A stretch of 63,594 bases of DNA, the filler included, from Folioceros fuciformis (lineage: Eukaryota), in the NCBI GenBank assembly GCA_049999805.1. It is 11 parts of 11 records of this genome, joined end to end, with 100 filler letters (N's around TTAATTAATTAA, not from the genome) between each part and the next. Parts side by side here need not be neighbours in the genome. Positions count along the whole stretch, not along the records: positions 60,389 to 63,594 come from JBNGIO010002105.1; 10 more parts are not named here. One strand, 5' to 3'. The position numbers and the translations under genes are program-made. The notes below the pieces were generated by a model. It had not been told where the DNA came from, did no database searches, and was given only the letters and a program-made list of their open reading frames with translations. The first letter of the stretch is position 1, and each line of letters opens with the position of its first letter. Positions 60,389 to 63,594 of this stretch are shown here, piece after piece.

Positions 60389-60866
60389 CAGGCCAGGAGG
60401 AGGGGTGGTGTTCGGGCCCAAGCCCAAGAACTGGGGCGTGAAGATGAATCGCAAGGAGAAGCAGCTGGCCATCAGCACGGCCATTCACAGCGCGGCTGTG
60501 AACACCGTGGTCGTGGAGGACTTGGACGACAAGTTCCCGGAGCCTAAGACTACTCATTTTCTGGCTGCGCTGCGCAGCTGGGGCATCAGCCCTAGCGAGC
60601 ACCACTCGCTGCTCTTCACCACCGATGTGAGCGAGAACTTGCAAAAGTCCTCCAGGAATGTGGGTACCTTCAAGCTGCTCACGCCCAGGACACTCACCGT
60701 CTACGACATTCTTAGGGCGGATAGGCTTGTGCTCACCAAGTCTGGCGTCGACTACCTCAACAAGACGTATGGGGAAACGTACTTCCTTGAGGAAATGGAG
60801 GAGGACGACGAGGATGGAGAAGATGAGGGTGAGGAAGATGAAGAAGAAGAGGAAGGCCAGCAATGA
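60389..60866 (+). CDS. RPL4: Nuclear-encoded plastid 50S ribosomal protein L4 (uL4c), 3' part
   Basis: RPGGGVVFGPKPKNWGVKMNRKEKQLAISTA, KSSRNVGTFKLLTPRTLTVYDILRADRLVLT and the acidic C-terminal tail typical of plant plastid L4. Confidence 0.93.
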
Positions 60867-61725
60867 GCAAGCTCTCCGTTTCTGCGGGGCATCTAGTGTC
60901 TTGTTGGATCCAGTCAGACTCCCATCACTCAAACTTGTGAACTTTCAGCAGCAGGCTGCTCATCTACAATGCCGTCGGCTTGCAAGCCCTCATCCGACAA
61001 CCGTGTGCAGGCTTTCGTTTCCTTCGCTCTCAAACAGCGCCAGCAGCTGCAGAAGCGTTTACCGACCGCTTAGTCGAGGTTGAAGACTTTTCTCTTTCGG
61101 AATTATGCCTTCTTGCACAGCTTTAAGGTTATCTCTTTGGTTATGTCAAGAATGGAACAATGCACAGCGGGAACTTTCGTGTCTAAGAGGTCCATGAGGT
61201 CTGACCTATCCATGCTATGTCAATTCACCCACTTCGCCTTGGTGGGCCGAGACTCGCCTCTATAAACGAGTTAGCAAGATGGCCTCCAAAAAAGAGCCCT
61301 ACCATTTCCGCTCGCAAGACCTAAACTAGGCATATCAGACTTCGCCGCTCGCCCCGTCCGCGAGCAGCACCATAAACAACCTGCATCGCACAATTGGAAC
61401 CGAACGGACCTCATTTGCACCCCGATGGCCAGCGCGGTGTATGCGATGCCCTTGCAGTTAAAAATGGACTATTCACTCCCTAGTAACAGCACCCACGCCC
61501 ATATTACTCTAAAGTGAGAGCTCTCAGGTCAGTGACTTTCCCCACTCCACGTGAAGGAAGCCGCAGTGAAGCTCAGCATGCGTCCATCTTCCACAATCGG
61601 GTGCCATCCGCAAAGCAGTGGCCTGTAAACCAAATTGGGCACCCCCAGCATGCTCAGGCAGGTGCAAGAGCCGGAGCTTGTCGCCGTGGGTGCAGGTAGA
61701 TCTGCAAGACAGGGCCCAGCAACCG

Positions 61726-63558
61726 CTACCTCCTGGCAACGATTAACTCATCCGAGTAAGCGACTTCGCCACTCTGAGTACTTGTCAAAGGCATATCATC
61801 CAGATCAGTGAAGTGATACTTCTCTCCAATAGCTCTCAACAGATTGTACACCTCAAACATTGACGGCCGCTCCTTGGGCGGAGATAAGGTGCAGTTACAA
61901 GCAACCTTTAAAACCTGCTTCACCTCCTCATCTACACCCGCATTCATCAGAGTGCTATCTAGGGAATCCATGACTCGGCCCTGGTTAGACAGCACAATAA
62001 TCCACTCCACCAGGTTCCCCCTGAACTCATCCACGAGCACATCCACGGGCATCTGTCCCGTCACCAGCTCCAACAGAACTACCCCAAAACTATAAACGTC
62101 CCCCTTCACAGTTGCAACCAGGGTTCGCAGATACTCTGGAGCTACGTATCCCACGTCACCAAAGTCCCCATTGATGAATGTGCTGATGTGAGTATCCACA
62201 GGGTTCATCAACCTGGCAAGACCGAAGTCAGTGATCCTAGGATCGAAATCGTCATCCAGAAGAATGCAACTGGCACTGATGTTCCGATGGATGATGCGGG
62301 GATTGCAGCTGTGATGAAGCCAAGCAAGGCCCCGTGCAGATCCAATAGCAATTCTCACTCGGGTTGGCCAGTCAAGGCTACCTCCTGAGTGTAACTGCTC
62401 TCGCAGGCTTCCATTCCTCATGTGCTTGTACACGAGAAGCTTCTCCCCGTTTGCGACACAGTACCCAAGCAACGGCACGAGATTCCGGTGCTTCAACATA
62501 CCCAAGGTGTCCATCTCTGCCCTAAACTGCCTGTCTGTGTGAGCACTCATCTGAAGCCTCTTGATGGCCATGACAGAGCCATCCGGAAAGGTTGCCTTAT
62601 ATACAGTGCCTGTCCGGCCTGTACCGATGATATTGTTCTTGCTGAAGTCATTCGTAGCCGCCATCAGATCTGCCAGCTTGATCTTGTTGATGGGCTTCTC
62701 AAACATGGAGACAACGACGGATCTAGGGGCATCCCTCACCCACCTGTTCTCATCCCTATTCTTTGCGTCGGACCTCCGAGGGTGGCGCCAGTGAAATATC
62801 GTACAATAGAGGAAAATGCCCGAGATGAGGCAAGCAAGCCCAACGCCTCCGCCAGCAATGCCTATGACGAGGGTCCTGGTGCTAGAACGACTGGAAGTGC
62901 AGCCATCATTCAGAGGAGGGCCACAAAGATCTGTCCCAATGAAGGAGTCCTTGGAAAAGGATGTGAAATTACGCGCGCTGGAATTGGTAAAGGAAGAGGG
63001 GATGACCCCAGTCAACTTGCTATTGTAGGAGACATTGAAGTCCTTTAACCTGCTAAGTTCTCCAATGCCATACGGGAGAGTCCCGTTTAATAAGTTACTC
63101 TGCAGTCTGAGGACGTTGAGAAACTGGCAGTTGGATAGCTCAGGCGGAATAGGCCCGGTGAACCTGTTGTTGGACAAGTCCAAGGAAACCATGTTAGGCA
63201 CATCCGAACAGATGGTAGAGGGAATAACCGAGGTGAAGCCATTATTGGACAGATCCAGTGACGTAAGCGAGGTGCAATTCTTGAGCCCTTCCGGAAAATT
63301 CCCACGCAGCCCCACATTCTGCAGATTGAGGTTGTAGACGTCATCTCCATTGGGCGGATGCAGACATGTCACCCCATACCACTCGCATATTTTGGGAGAC
63401 AGGTTCACATCCCAATTGGACAGGTAATTATCCGGATCCTCCACCGAGCTCTTGATCGCCTGCAGGCACTCTGTATCCTGCTGCGACGAGGAGCACAGAA
63501 TCGGGAGCAACAGCAACAGGGCCGCGGCAACCTCCAGCACAACAATGCCCCACGCCAT
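61726..63558 (-). CDS. LRR receptor-like kinase, BIR-like (LRR-X), degenerate catalytic loop; intronless
   Basis: Signal peptide, Cys cap, about 5 LRRs, TM, VSMFEKPINKIKLADLMAAT, GTGRTGTVY, HHSCNPRIIHRNIS (HRN instead of HRD), DFGLARLM, GYVAPEY. Confidence 0.93.
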   Translation of the reverse strand: MAWGIVVLEVAAALLLLLPILCSSSQQDTECLQAIKSSVEDPDNYLSNWDVNLSPKICEWYGVTCLHPPNGDDVYNLNLQNVGLRGNFPEGLKNCTSLTSLDLSNNGFTSVIPSTICSDVPNMVSLDLSNNRFTGPIPPELSNCQFLNVLRLQSNLLNGTLPYGIGELSRLKDFNVSYNSKLTGVIPSSFTNSSARNFTSFSKDSFIGTDLCGPPLNDGCTSSRSSTRTLVIGIAGGGVGLACLISGIFLYCTIFHWRHPRRSDAKNRDENRWVRDAPRSVVVSMFEKPINKIKLADLMAATNDFSKNNIIGTGRTGTVYKATFPDGSVMAIKRLQMSAHTDRQFRAEMDTLGMLKHRNLVPLLGYCVANGEKLLVYKHMRNGSLREQLHSGGSLDWPTRVRIAIGSARGLAWLHHSCNPRIIHRNISASCILLDDDFDPRITDFGLARLMNPVDTHISTFINGDFGDVGYVAPEYLRTLVATVKGDVYSFGVVLLELVTGQMPVDVLVDEFRGNLVEWIIVLSNQGRVMDSLDSTLMNAGVDEEVKQVLKVACNCTLSPPKERPSMFEVYNLLRAIGEKYHFTDLDDMPLTSTQSGEVAYSDELIVARR

Positions 63559-63594
63559 GACGTACGACGCAGACTCCCCGCACCGAGTGGCAAC

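Overview
Eukaryotic land-plant nuclear DNA, most likely a hornwort. This is inferred from a GRP-type DYW:KP PPR editing factor, introns mostly about 80-220 nt and GC-rich exons. The window is not contiguous: it is 11 contigs joined by ten artificial 100-nt spacers (N44-TTAATTAATTAA-N44), so adjacency across spacers means nothing. Recognisable genes are PTOX, an At2g40390-like beta-rich protein, an intronless microbial-looking HAD hydrolase, a PLS-E-DYW:KP PPR protein, a GT90 glycosyltransferase, PSF2, UTP15/SWA1, two head-to-head BCS1-like AAA ATPases, a RAY1-like GT77, a class I terpene synthase, an NST1-like coiled-coil protein with a U-box, plastid RPL4 and a BIR-like LRR-RLK. Mobile or repeat DNA includes a Copia interrupted by a second element (partial second copy elsewhere in the window), a ~2.9-kb imperfect palindrome, an RTE-X-type LINE 3' end abutting a truncated tRNA-Leu, a Harbinger-like Myb remnant and a telomere-like hexamer array. 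The most notable item is the candidate U-to-C RNA-editing PPR carrying an N-terminal OSB-type 'PDF' ssDNA-binding motif. Next are the gamma-domain-less terpene synthase, the HAD gene and the LINE/tRNA junction. All family assignments come from motif recognition, not database searches.
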